From: a virus
Taxonomy: Duplodnaviria; Caudoviricetes
IMG/VR virus record: IMGVR_UViG_3300031555_001441
Coordinates: 1 to 64,000 of that record
Strand: one strand, 5' to 3'
Length of the DNA: 64,000 bases
The notes beneath the pieces were generated by a model. The model searched no databases and had not been told where the DNA came from. It saw only the letters and a list, made by a program, of their open reading frames with translations. How positions within the stretch are numbered: the stretch's first letter is position 1; every line of letters begins with the position of its first letter. A program made the translations under genes and the position numbers. Positions 38,606 through 47,179 of this stretch are shown one piece after another.

Positions 38606-40486
38606 TCACGAAATGAACTGATCAAGAGATACTGTGGGCGGAAGTGCAATCAGATCTATGTAGATATCATTGATCACACCAGGCACTACAAGATATATCT
38701 TTCCGATAACTGTATTAGCAGCAACTTGATCTTCTGCATTGATATCAGCAGACATCTTGATGTACCAATCCAATATAGCACCTTGATTCTTCATTGTATC
38801 AAGAAGTGGTGCACATCCTGCATAGAATTTATCATAAGCTTGCGAATTATTGTACTGGAATGTAATTGCAATCCCGCATCTGTATGCAATATCTTTAACA
38901 GCATTGACGAGATATCTAGTAGACATATTTGCAAGCGCTTGATATGTTGCGGGAGGTAGATCAAACAATGTTGAATTACCCCATATGACTGTGCCTATAT
39001 CAGGTATAGGTGTAAGAATATTCACACCAACACCTTCTTGTTTCTGCCACTTATCAAGAATAGACTTTGTTATTGTATAATCAAATTTTGTTATCTTGAC
39101 ATTGTGTTTCTTGTTACTAGGAATAAGCCATTCATACTGAGCAGCTTGATTCAATATCTGCGCTCTACTTATTATCAACGATAAGAACGACGGTGGCATA
39201 TGAACAGCTTTTGTCATGGTCACTAATGTAAAATATGCCCAGTTGAAGAGAATGCCCGAATTAGTATTAAACAATATTCCGTTGACATCATTTCCGCCTG
39301 CAGCTTGAAACTTGGACAGCTGTTGAACATAACCGCCCTCTGCTGTCTCTTCGTTGTAGAACCATACAGGCGGGCAGCTGCGAGGCGCATCGAGCATACC
39401 AGCACCGCATCTGCTGTAATATGCAACTTCCATTATCTTTTTATGAAGAGGTGATACTTCAAGAGGCGATACTGCAGATGTTTCCTCAGATGGATCTTCG
39501 TACTCAAACAAATCTTGATCATCCCAACCCGGAGAGATGATTCTCTGAGGATTATAAGACAACTTGTCTTTCAAAAGATCATATACTCTATAAGCTGCTG
39601 TGTAAACCCACTCAGTATAATATATCTTTGCAAGTTTAGATTCATTAGTGGCATAAGCTGCTTTCAATTCTGTAACTTTAGCATTTACTTTCGTCACATA
39701 CTTTGCTGTACTATTTGAACCATATCTAGATGTAAGAAGAGCACTAACTGCATTTGATATATCGGCTGCCTCAGGAGTTGCAGGCCAATCTTCACCACCT
39801 ATAAGAGATAGTTTATCTGAACCTGAAGCGGGTGCATAAGTATCGTCATCACTGATACTACCCGAAACGGTAAGATCTACAAATTTAGATTCTACTTCGG
39901 ATACAAGTGGAATGTTAGTTTCAACTTCCGGAACATTGAATGTAAAAGAAAGATTTTCAACAGCATTAGATACACCTGTTAGAGGATCTTCTACACGGAT
40001 GATAAGATTCCAATAGTGCGAAGTACCTAGCGGCTTTTGAGATAAGTAGCATCTTAGTGTATTGCCGAAGGTGCCAGGATACTTGGCCTTGACTGCAAGA
40101 CTGCCTTGATCTCCTATTTGAAATACGCCATCAGCTTTTGCTCCAGGAGCGAGACGACACACTAATACGTCATATCCAACAGATAAGAGGGTCAATGCCA
40201 TCTGATACGAATAGTCGTTTGCTAATCTATAGTTAGCAGCTGGACCTCTATATGTAGCTATAAATTGCTCCATACCTGCTTGATTAGACGAGAATCTGCT
40301 CCAAGCTACATCGGCAAGGTCAGCATCTGTTTCCGAAGCAAGTGTCTGAATGCCTGATAACGTAGCTGGATCAACATAACCGGGTCCCCAACATGCTGTA
40401 ATAGGTAACGCTATCGTTGCATAAGCATTGTTACCTATTGCATATGTGTAATTTTGAGAAATTTCGTTGATTACTATGTTTGCCAC
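38606..40486 (-). CDS. Tail sheath protein
   Basis: INEIS, CWGP, AKYPGTFGN, VIWGNSTL, RYLVN and INDIYIDL sheath motifs; GTG start with AGGAGG. Confidence 0.9.
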   Translation of the reverse strand: MANIVINEISQNYTYAIGNNAYATIALPITACWGPGYVDPATLSGIQTLASETDADLADVAWSRFSSNQAGMEQFIATYRGPAANYRLANDYSYQMALTLLSVGYDVLVCRLAPGAKADGVFQIGDQGSLAVKAKYPGTFGNTLRCYLSQKPLGTSHYWNLIIRVEDPLTGVSNAVENLSFTFNVPEVETNIPLVSEVESKFVDLTVSGSISDDDTYAPASGSDKLSLIGGEDWPATPEAADISNAVSALLTSRYGSNSTAKYVTKVNAKVTELKAAYATNESKLAKIYYTEWVYTAAYRVYDLLKDKLSYNPQRIISPGWDDQDLFEYEDPSEETSAVSPLEVSPLHKKIMEVAYYSRCGAGMLDAPRSCPPVWFYNEETAEGGYVQQLSKFQAAGGNDVNGILFNTNSGILFNWAYFTLVTMTKAVHMPPSFLSLIISRAQILNQAAQYEWLIPSNKKHNVKITKFDYTITKSILDKWQKQEGVGVNILTPIPDIGTVIWGNSTLFDLPPATYQALANMSTRYLVNAVKDIAYRCGIAITFQYNNSQAYDKFYAGCAPLLDTMKNQGAILDWYIKMSADINAEDQVAANTVIGKIYLVVPGVINDIYIDLIALPPTVSLDQFIS

Positions 40487-40555
40487 GTATGTGTACCTCC
40501 TAAGAATATACAGTGGTTATTTTCTTTTCTTATTGTGATTATCTACTATGTTTTT

Positions 40556-40565
40556 ATACAAGGTT
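40556..40565 (-). promoter_or_regulatory. Motif B AACCTTGTAT upstream of the sheath gene (family at 50, 4832, 6121, 19871, 24141, 34779, 37576, 45038, 55887; possibly 48683)
   Basis: Consensus (A/G/C)ACCTTnnAT recurring at the start of AT-rich leaders of mostly structural genes. Confidence 0.7.
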
Positions 40566-40579
40566 ATTATTTTTTTTTA

Positions 40580-40981
40580 TTATGAAATCAAATTCAATAT
40601 GTATTTAAGGTCTTCAATCGAAGCATTGTAGAAATCATGATTCCATATCCAAAAGTCCTCGTGTTCTTTACGTCTGAAGCGATGAAGTGATTCATCTGCC
40701 CAAATGAGTTTCCAACGACGTTTATATTTACGCGCTGAATTTTTCTCATTATCTGACCTCAGCTTATCTTTGATCTTAGTGATGAGTTTGCCACGTTCAA
40801 GTCCACATCCATCATCATCTCGTGCAAAGTATGTGTAAGCGATTTCAGATGTTGTTAAACAGATCGGCTCATTGTTGATAGCGATTATATTTTTGTACGT
40901 ATATGCTTGTGTACCACGAGTGAGATGTGTTTCTCCCCGTAGTACTAGCGCATTCATATCTTTATGAACAACATAATCCAT
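40580..40981 (-). CDS. Hypothetical protein immediately downstream of the DGR reverse transcriptase
   Basis: 133 aa; YFARDDDG.GLERGKL..EHEDFWIWNHDFYNA; 18 bp after the RT stop. Confidence 0.7.
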   Translation of the reverse strand: MDYVVHKDMNALVLRGETHLTRGTQAYTYKNIIAINNEPICLTTSEIAYTYFARDDDGCGLERGKLITKIKDKLRSDNEKNSARKYKRRWKLIWADESLHRFRRKEHEDFWIWNHDFYNASIEDLKYILNLIS

Positions 40982-40999
40982 AAATACTATGTTATTATC

Positions 41000-42130
41000 C
41001 TACCCTTTCACAAAAGTTTTATGAAACACGTTGTGACCAAATCTATGCAATTTGAGCCACTTGTGGTGATCATCATAATTGTTATAGTATGCAAATGAAC
41101 TCTGTATAGAATCACGAATATATTTCTGTTGCGAATCGTCTGACCATTTCTGTACATATATAAGAATACGCCTTCGAAAACGACGTACACTGTCTCGATT
41201 TCCGTGTGACACTACATAGGACGATTTGGTTGCGATGAAAGTAGCTTTGCAGAATCTTATTGGACGCACAATTGATTGTATTATACATTTGCTCGAATTG
41301 ATTGTGAATCCAAGTTCGGCTGCTTTCTTAATTATACGCTCTAGCATCTGTTTTACATCTCTATGCGGTGGTACAAACACAATGTAGTCATCCATGTAAT
41401 GTCCACATCCTGCAAGATGCAGTTGACAAGCGATGTAATGATCTAACTTTGATGGAGCTGCAACCATCTCGGCTTGACTTGGCTCTACCCCAATAGGCAT
41501 TCCACATTCACTAGATGTAGATTGAACTATTAGATCTACTAAATGACGAATTCTATCATTCTGAAATACATATCTATGCTGATTATACAATAACGAATGT
41601 GGAGCTGTCGGAAAGAACTGCTTCAGATCAAGTAGAATTACACTACCTTCATCATTGTACTTTCTCTGAAATTTCTGTATGTTTGTTTTAACTTGCCGAA
41701 ACGTGAAGTGTAGTCCTTTACCTTTGAGGCTTGCTCCGTTGTTATATAACAGATACTTCTTGTATCCCTTGAGCAGTATATCTTGAGTAATGACCTTTTC
41801 AACTTGTCGGTCACGTACATCTGGAGATTCAATGTGACGCAGTTTACCACGTTCATGTATCCAGAATGATTTTCGCTTTCTCGGTTTCCATGTATCTGTC
41901 AGCACTCTGAATAGTGCAACTGCAGTTATTGAGAATAAGTGACGTTCAAAATTCTGAATGCTGTACTTCCATCTGACGTTTCTACAGCATTGTTTTCCCG
42001 ATCTAAATAGACGATGATATGTGAATATTTCCTCAATTGTACCAATTGCATCTGAATTTTGCTTTCGTTTCAGCTCTCTGCGAAGTCGTCTTCGTTGATA
42101 TCTTTGCTCATGTCGTTCTGAACTTGTAAT
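41000..42130 (-). CDS. DGR reverse transcriptase (376 aa if started at ATT 42130)
   Basis: ERGKLR.I..RDR, LDLKQFF, MPIGVEPSQ and YMDD motifs; frame open 75 codons upstream of the tracked GTG to an ATT with GAGGTG RBS. Confidence 0.93.
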   Translation of the reverse strand: MTSSERHEQRYQRRRLRRELKRKQNSDAIGTIEEIFTYHRLFRSGKQCCRNVRWKYSIQNFERHLFSITAVALFRVLTDTWKPRKRKSFWIHERGKLRHIESPDVRDRQVEKVITQDILLKGYKKYLLYNNGASLKGKGLHFTFRQVKTNIQKFQRKYNDEGSVILLDLKQFFPTAPHSLLYNQHRYVFQNDRIRHLVDLIVQSTSSECGMPIGVEPSQAEMVAAPSKLDHYIACQLHLAGCGHYMDDYIVFVPPHRDVKQMLERIIKKAAELGFTINSSKCIIQSIVRPIRFCKATFIATKSSYVVSHGNRDSVRRFRRRILIYVQKWSDDSQQKYIRDSIQSSFAYYNNYDDHHKWLKLHRFGHNVFHKTFVKG

Positions 42131-42354
42131 AGATATTCACCTCGTGCATAACTTATTTACTACATCGGTAAGTTACATAACAGTCAACACATGAAATAGA
42201 AATGATGCAGAAGTTTCTACCATGCAAGAAGCGTCCGTGCTGCTGTGTCACGAAGTCATTTTGGATTGATAGCATCACTATCAATCTCAGGAAGCATTTC
42301 TCCTTTTGTAAATGGTCATATATCCGCACGCATACAGATATGTTCAACCTATGC

Positions 42355-42481
42355 AAAATCGGGGAGCACCCATACGAATTGTTGGCGTTGTTATTGTTGG
42401 CGTTGCCGCTGTTGTTGACATTGCAGAAATTGTTCGTGTTAGAAGCATTTGGCGAACGAAGCCACCAGTTGACAGCAGAAT
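42355..42481 (-). ncRNA. DGR template repeat (TR)
   Basis: 127-bp gapless match to 43141..43267; rich in AAC/AAT triplets; lies between Avd and RT. Confidence 0.95.
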
Positions 42482-42516
42482 GCTATACAGAAATACACCT
42501 GAATTAACTTACCTAG

Positions 42517-43047
42517 TTAGATCAGAACATTGTTCGGATCATAGTCAGGCAAGTTGACTCCGTTTAGAATTGATGAGAGTTTCTCCATATCTGAACGAAT
42601 TACGCCATTAAGCAAATTGAGGAGCTTTTCATATGCAAGACCACAGTCTGTTGAGAGCTTATCTAACTTTTTAATGGCGTCATCTGCTGATAGAGAGTCA
42701 CCATGAGAATTGCTGAAACAACCTTGAGGATTATTTACCAAAACTTCAAAACATATGCCGAGCTGCACATCTAATGAGAGCAACTTACCACGTGCTTCCA
42801 ACAGATGTGTTCGGCGTTGTAGCATGTCCTGTTTAAATGCTACAGATTTAGTTGATGGGACAATTGAGTTTGCTTGTTCACATTCCGATATTACTGCTAC
42901 AGATAATGATTTGATGTCATCCGCAAGTAGCCGAGAGTACCGTGCTGACAGCCGCGATATCAACTCCAATACATGATTGTTGAGCATATATGCGGCATTG
43001 ACATATTCGGCTTTACTCTCATGACGCTTGTAATAAGGAACAGACAT
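42517..43047 (-). CDS. avd: DGR accessory variability determinant (Avd-like four-helix bundle)
   Basis: 176 aa helical protein (MSV...R.ESK.EY..EQANSI..R...L..A...L..LD.QL) between target and TR. Confidence 0.8.
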   Translation of the reverse strand: MSVPYYKRHESKAEYVNAAYMLNNHVLELISRLSARYSRLLADDIKSLSVAVISECEQANSIVPSTKSVAFKQDMLQRRTHLLEARGKLLSLDVQLGICFEVLVNNPQGCFSNSHGDSLSADDAIKKLDKLSTDCGLAYEKLLNLLNGVIRSDMEKLSSILNGVNLPDYDPNNVLI

Positions 43048-43080
43048 AATTCATCCTCTGTGACAGTAAGTTATTATCTA

Positions 43081-43125
43081 GGTGCGGCCCACTCGGGGAG
43101 ACTTTCGTCTCCCCTAAGCCGCACC
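43081..43125 (-). promoter_or_regulatory. DGR target-recognition hairpin/cruciform downstream of VR
   Basis: GGGGAGAC-GAAA-GTCTCCCC (43095-43114) nested in GGTGCGGC/GCCGCACC, 5 bp after the target stop. Confidence 0.85.
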
Positions 43126-43130
43126 GGAAA

Positions 43131-44483
43131 TCAGACGACAAAAAGCGGGGAGCACCCATACGAATAGCCGGCGCTGCTACCGGCGGCGTTGCCGCTGCTG
43201 TTGACATAGCAGAAACTGGTCGCGGTAGAAGCACTTGGCGAACGAAGCCACCAGGTGACAGCAGAATTGGGTGATGACACATTGTACTTTTTCGTTGATC
43301 CACCATTGATATAATATTGATATTGCGCTTGATGATTTTGCTCTTCGGCATTAGCATAAGTTCGTGTGCCAAAGACTTCTTGTTCTGCAAGGAGCGGCAG
43401 ATAATCAACAAGAGCAGATACATTTCCGGCAATACTAGAAGAACCGCCGACATTATCTGTCCACTTGATTACAGGTTTCATCACTGCCCGAAGTGCAGCA
43501 GGTAAAGCAGCCATGAATGTATTCGCAGCAGGTGAAGTTGCAGTTGTCGATGATGCATCACTCTGTGCTGTATCTGTTGAACCAAGCAGATTATATCTCA
43601 TTCTTGAATCCTTCCAACCACCTGCGTTGCTGTTAGTGTTGTTCATGCTGAAATATGTATCTGCAGACACACTGCTTCCACCTTTTGAATCGTACAGAGT
43701 TATGTCAATACTTCCTGGATTTGCAGTTTTAAAAGTGCCGAAGGTGATGCTGTGCGAGTAACCAGACGCTTCAACTGCGATGTTGTGATCAAATCCCATT
43801 ATAAATGTGTATAGAGTTGTATCTGACGAAAATGTCAAACCGTCTCCAATCTTGGTTCCAGAAGGAATTATGATTGATTTAACATCGCCTACTGACCACA
43901 ACGACGAAGCTGTTCCAGCATCTGACGCAGCACGAACAACATTCCAAGAAGCTGTTTCAAGATCTACGAAATCAACGTAAGCTGCCCAAGCCGACAGGTC
44001 TGTTGACGGCGTAAATGGGAATACTAATCTTGTCGAAGCATCACCTTTTGTAGTATCCCATCCGACGAAGTGGTAATCTTGTTTAGTGGGTGAATCTGGT
44101 GCGACAACACGCTCACCCGATTTAACTTGATGTATTGCATACATCGAATCGTCGTCATCGTAGAATGTTAATGTCTTACCACCAGGTATTGTCGACCCTG
44201 TTTCTAATGATCCAACAACACCGCCGATGTTGACATCTTTTTTGATGTTTCCTGCAATCAGTGTATCTGGTTTAGTGATTGTTACTTGAGTCAATACCTT
44301 TCCAGAATCGGGAGTTATTGTTTGATCTCCAGAAGCCATATTCAATGCAGTCGTCTTTGTTTGTTCAGGTTTCTCAGAACCTAGAGTAAATGCAACATAC
44401 TCACCGGGAGTATCTGCATTTTCAATTTGCACAGTTTCGACGCCTTCAATAACATCGTTACCGAGTTTTACCTTTGCGCTCAT
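43131..44483 (-). CDS. DGR target: fibre/adhesin-like protein with InlB B-repeat and C-terminal CLec-type (DUF6273-like) domain
   Basis: PTKQDYHFVGW repeat; GGWKDSRMR, LLAEQEVFG and WWLRSP..FC.V...G..SP.F motifs; VR at the 3' end. Confidence 0.9.
   Translation of the reverse strand: MSAKVKLGNDVIEGVETVQIENADTPGEYVAFTLGSEKPEQTKTTALNMASGDQTITPDSGKVLTQVTITKPDTLIAGNIKKDVNIGGVVGSLETGSTIPGGKTLTFYDDDDSMYAIHQVKSGERVVAPDSPTKQDYHFVGWDTTKGDASTRLVFPFTPSTDLSAWAAYVDFVDLETASWNVVRAASDAGTASSLWSVGDVKSIIIPSGTKIGDGLTFSSDTTLYTFIMGFDHNIAVEASGYSHSITFGTFKTANPGSIDITLYDSKGGSSVSADTYFSMNNTNSNAGGWKDSRMRYNLLGSTDTAQSDASSTTATSPAANTFMAALPAALRAVMKPVIKWTDNVGGSSSIAGNVSALVDYLPLLAEQEVFGTRTYANAEEQNHQAQYQYYINGGSTKKYNVSSPNSAVTWWLRSPSASTATSFCYVNSSGNAAGSSAGYSYGCSPLFVV
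43141..43267 (-). repeat. DGR variable repeat (VR)
   Basis: 18 mismatches to TR, all at TR adenines on the coding strand. Confidence 0.95.
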
Positions 44484-44521
44484 AACTATCTGATTATTAT
44501 CTCCTTAAAAATTGATATGTG

Positions 44522-44746
44522 TTATAATATTGTTATTGTCGAGTTTTCAAATGAATAAGGTGCTTTAAAAAGTCGAACTGTAGATCCTAACACTTCATAA
44601 CTATATGGATTCTCGGGCTGTCCTCCAGAAGAGTGTCCTGTAAATGCAGGGCTATCTACGTATGACATCTGTCTAACAAAATAGTTTGGAATTTCATATT
44701 TTGTTTTTCTTGCTTTTACTTTTACTTTTCCATAGAATTCTCTCAT
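44522..44746 (-). CDS. Small hypothetical protein of the DGR target operon
   Basis: C-terminus YSYEVLGSTVRLFKAPY resembles that of the upstream ORF. Confidence 0.6.
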   Translation of the reverse strand: MREFYGKVKVKARKTKYEIPNYFVRQMSYVDSPAFTGHSSGGQPENPYSYEVLGSTVRLFKAPYSFENSTITIL

Positions 44747-45000
44747 GTTATTTTCAATTGACCTCCTACTGTTTCATATGGTGCTTTTATCAATGTTAAT
44801 ACAGATCCTAATACACGATAAATGTAAGCACGAACAATATAAAATATTACAATGTGTTTAGATTCCTGTTCAGGATTGTCAAATATCCGAATGAACGCTG
44901 GATCATTTATATAATTAGGAACTGTAATAGTACCACCAGGATCAACTGTTTGCCCATAATACTGTTTTGTTACAGCACCATAGTTCTTATACGTGATCAT
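44743..45000 (-). CDS. Small hypothetical protein, paralog of 31514..31894
   Basis: Shared N-terminal domain; GAGGT RBS; promoter-like motif at 45038-45047. Confidence 0.65.
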   Translation of the reverse strand: MITYKNYGAVTKQYYGQTVDPGGTITVPNYINDPAFIRIFDNPEQESKHIVIFYIVRAYIYRVLGSVLTLIKAPYETVGGQLKIT

Positions 45001-45045
45001 TAAAAATACCTCACCTACTAGTTGTATTATTATTAATATGTAAGG

Positions 45046-45648
45046 TTATTTTATTATAAATGTAGGATCTTCAACAGCTTTAAGTCTTACCGGAGTATAC
45101 TCAACAAGTACAGCACCTTCGCACTTCAATGAAAGTATTGTTTGATATAGTTGACCTCCCTCGAGATATTCAGTTACACCTGATTTTCTTTCGATACTTG
45201 CGTCCCTATCAAGAGCAACTCCAAATCGAACTTTACGTTTTGCTTCATAAGGAAGTGTTATTGTCAAGAAATACATGTCTGAATATTTGAACATCAGTTC
45301 TCGAATCATTTCATCCATATCTGCGACATTTGTAGTCATTACAGTAACATGATATCCAAGATGAATTGGAATTATTTTTTCGTGATACAAATAATTAGAA
45401 GTGGGATCTATAACAGCAGCCACACCTCTATGTGTCCATGTGAAGTTTGATCGAGATGTATCAATAGAAGTATCTGAATCTCTAGCAACGGCTACAAGTG
45501 GAAACTGAATATCATCGTTTTGCAACTGAGCTGCAAGTCCTATTATCTGATCAGGCTCGACTATCTTAACAACAGGATTAGAAAGAGCATCTGGATTAAA
45601 AGATTTTCTTAGATCATCGCAAAATGATTTATCATATACATATATCAT
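45046..45648 (-). CDS. Tail completion/terminator-like protein (gp15-like)
   Basis: FPLVAVAR..IPIHLGYHV pattern; between neck and sheath genes. Confidence 0.55.
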   Translation of the reverse strand: MIYVYDKSFCDDLRKSFNPDALSNPVVKIVEPDQIIGLAAQLQNDDIQFPLVAVARDSDTSIDTSRSNFTWTHRGVAAVIDPTSNYLYHEKIIPIHLGYHVTVMTTNVADMDEMIRELMFKYSDMYFLTITLPYEAKRKVRFGVALDRDASIERKSGVTEYLEGGQLYQTILSLKCEGAVLVEYTPVRLKAVEDPTFIIK

Positions 45649-46190
45649 TTCCCGTCCTCCTGAGTAGTATGATAGTGTCCTCTATAATCAGTCTGCGGTT
45701 TCAAAAAATAATTAGAACTATTAAATTTCTTCTCTATTTCTTTATCTGTTTGCCCTACAGGTTTCTTGTCATATACGGGAACAACTTGGCATACTAAATG
45801 ATCAGGGGCAACCATGTCGTATGTAATTTCAGTCACTCTGAAAAGTCTATCAGGGAGTTCACTATATTTACCAGCTATTCTGAACAACGAATCTTTCTGA
45901 ACATAAGGGAGATTGAAGCTGCAATGAATAAGAAACGGAAGATTTTTATCATTTTCAACAACCCATCCATAGCGTTTGAACGTTTTTATCTTAGGATTTC
46001 CATCAAAGAAAATATGCGTTTCTATAAAATCAGAGTAGCCATCAACAACAGATTCACCTTGATCATTACTAGCAGCAAGATTTGGATATTGATATGTAAC
46101 AGGTATTCCACGCATCTGTAAAGCTTCATCATATCGAGCGCGCATCAGCTTTATATCTTCACCAATTAAGTTTATGGACATCAATGTCAC
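45645..46190 (-). CDS. Neck/head-closure protein (gp14-like)
   Basis: RGIPVTYQYP..FRVTEI pattern; synteny after portal. Confidence 0.5.
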   Translation of the reverse strand: MTLMSINLIGEDIKLMRARYDEALQMRGIPVTYQYPNLAASNDQGESVVDGYSDFIETHIFFDGNPKIKTFKRYGWVVENDKNLPFLIHCSFNLPYVQKDSLFRIAGKYSELPDRLFRVTEITYDMVAPDHLVCQVVPVYDKKPVGQTDKEIEKKFNSSNYFLKPQTDYRGHYHTTQEDGK

Positions 46191-46191
46191 C

Positions 46192-46842
46192 TCATATACT
46201 ATAGGAATAATCGGGACGTATGCTAGAATTATCTCGAATTATATCATCGATGTTAGCTACAAAATCAAGCCAAGACCAATCATAATGCTGAGTCTCAGAT
46301 ATCTCTGAAATATTGATAGCTGTTCCATGATACAATGCATACTCTAACTCTTTCTTACGGATCAAGTATTTGTTGTCCAACCATTGCGGATTTGACTCGA
46401 TCTTAAAAGCTATGACGATTGTTTTTCTGTCTGTTTCAGATCCCTTAACTGATTCTATTGAAACTCTGCGCAGTTTATCAAAGTGCAGATCTCTTAAGGT
46501 CATTAAATACTGTATCTGTTGTCCAGACAGATTAGAATGCTGCGCAACCGTAACATAAAATCCGAACTTAGCTATCTCATTCAAAATAGTAGCAGGCGTT
46601 ATTGCATCTTCAGTATGCACATAATCTGGAACAACTATGTCTCCAGACGGATCTATTATCGTTGCAAATAAAGTTCCAAAATCTGTGTGCACAACTGCAA
46701 TTCGTAGGCCACGCAACTTATCATTTTGAATAAAGTTTGTAACTTCGATACGCAGATCTCTGCTAGCATTTGATTTGCAATTTACAAGTTGCGTCCAATT
46801 TGATATTCGATATCTAAGAGGCAACTGATTCATTGATATCAC
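46192..46842 (-). CDS. Hypothetical protein
   Basis: 216 aa ORF in the head module. Confidence 0.6.
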   Translation of the reverse strand: MISMNQLPLRYRISNWTQLVNCKSNASRDLRIEVTNFIQNDKLRGLRIAVVHTDFGTLFATIIDPSGDIVVPDYVHTEDAITPATILNEIAKFGFYVTVAQHSNLSGQQIQYLMTLRDLHFDKLRRVSIESVKGSETDRKTIVIAFKIESNPQWLDNKYLIRKKELEYALYHGTAINISEISETQHYDWSWLDFVANIDDIIRDNSSIRPDYSYSI

Positions 46843-47179
46843 CTCTACATTCTCTTACATATTGTTTTAACTCTAGCTGAAATGCTTCGAGTAACTTAAG
46901 ATTGACGTCAGGATATTCTGAAAAATATCGTGCGATCATATCTATCTTTAGTTTAAAATACAGTATACGTTTATCTGCATCAGATATCTCCGGATGTCGT
47001 TCTGCAAATATAAAGTATCGAGTTACTACAGACGAAAACGCCTTATGAACAGTTGCATCATCTTTAGAAAGATCAGCACGCTCTATAGTTTTAAAATTTG
47101 TGCTGTTATAGTTCTTTAGATCATGGAAAAATAAGCGTGTAAGCTCTAAACTAGATAGCACCTTGATCACCACCTTCAC
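46814..47179 (-). CDS. Hypothetical protein (start uncertain)
   Basis: ORF overlapping the portal stop. Confidence 0.55.
   Translation of the reverse strand: MKVVIKVLSSLELTRLFFHDLKNYNSTNFKTIERADLSKDDATVHKAFSSVVTRYFIFAERHPEISDADKRILYFKLKIDMIARYFSEYPDVNLKLLEAFQLELKQYVRECRGDINESVAS

Larger units (their letters stand above)
40580..44483 (-). mobile_element. Diversity-generating retroelement cassette (target-VR, hairpin, avd, TR, RT, extra ORF)
   Basis: All canonical parts are present in canonical order. Confidence 0.93.

Noticed and set aside
41000-42130. RT as group II intron, retron or Abi RT
   Set aside because: The TR/VR pair, Avd, hairpin and the PIG...SQ motif identify a DGR; no maturase or endonuclease domain is present.
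42153-42557. Short ORFs over the TR region (42153..42356, 42202..42507, 42312..42557) and 43019..43453
   Set aside because: They overlap the non-coding TR/spacer or the target gene in other frames; they are by-products of the AAC-rich repeat.
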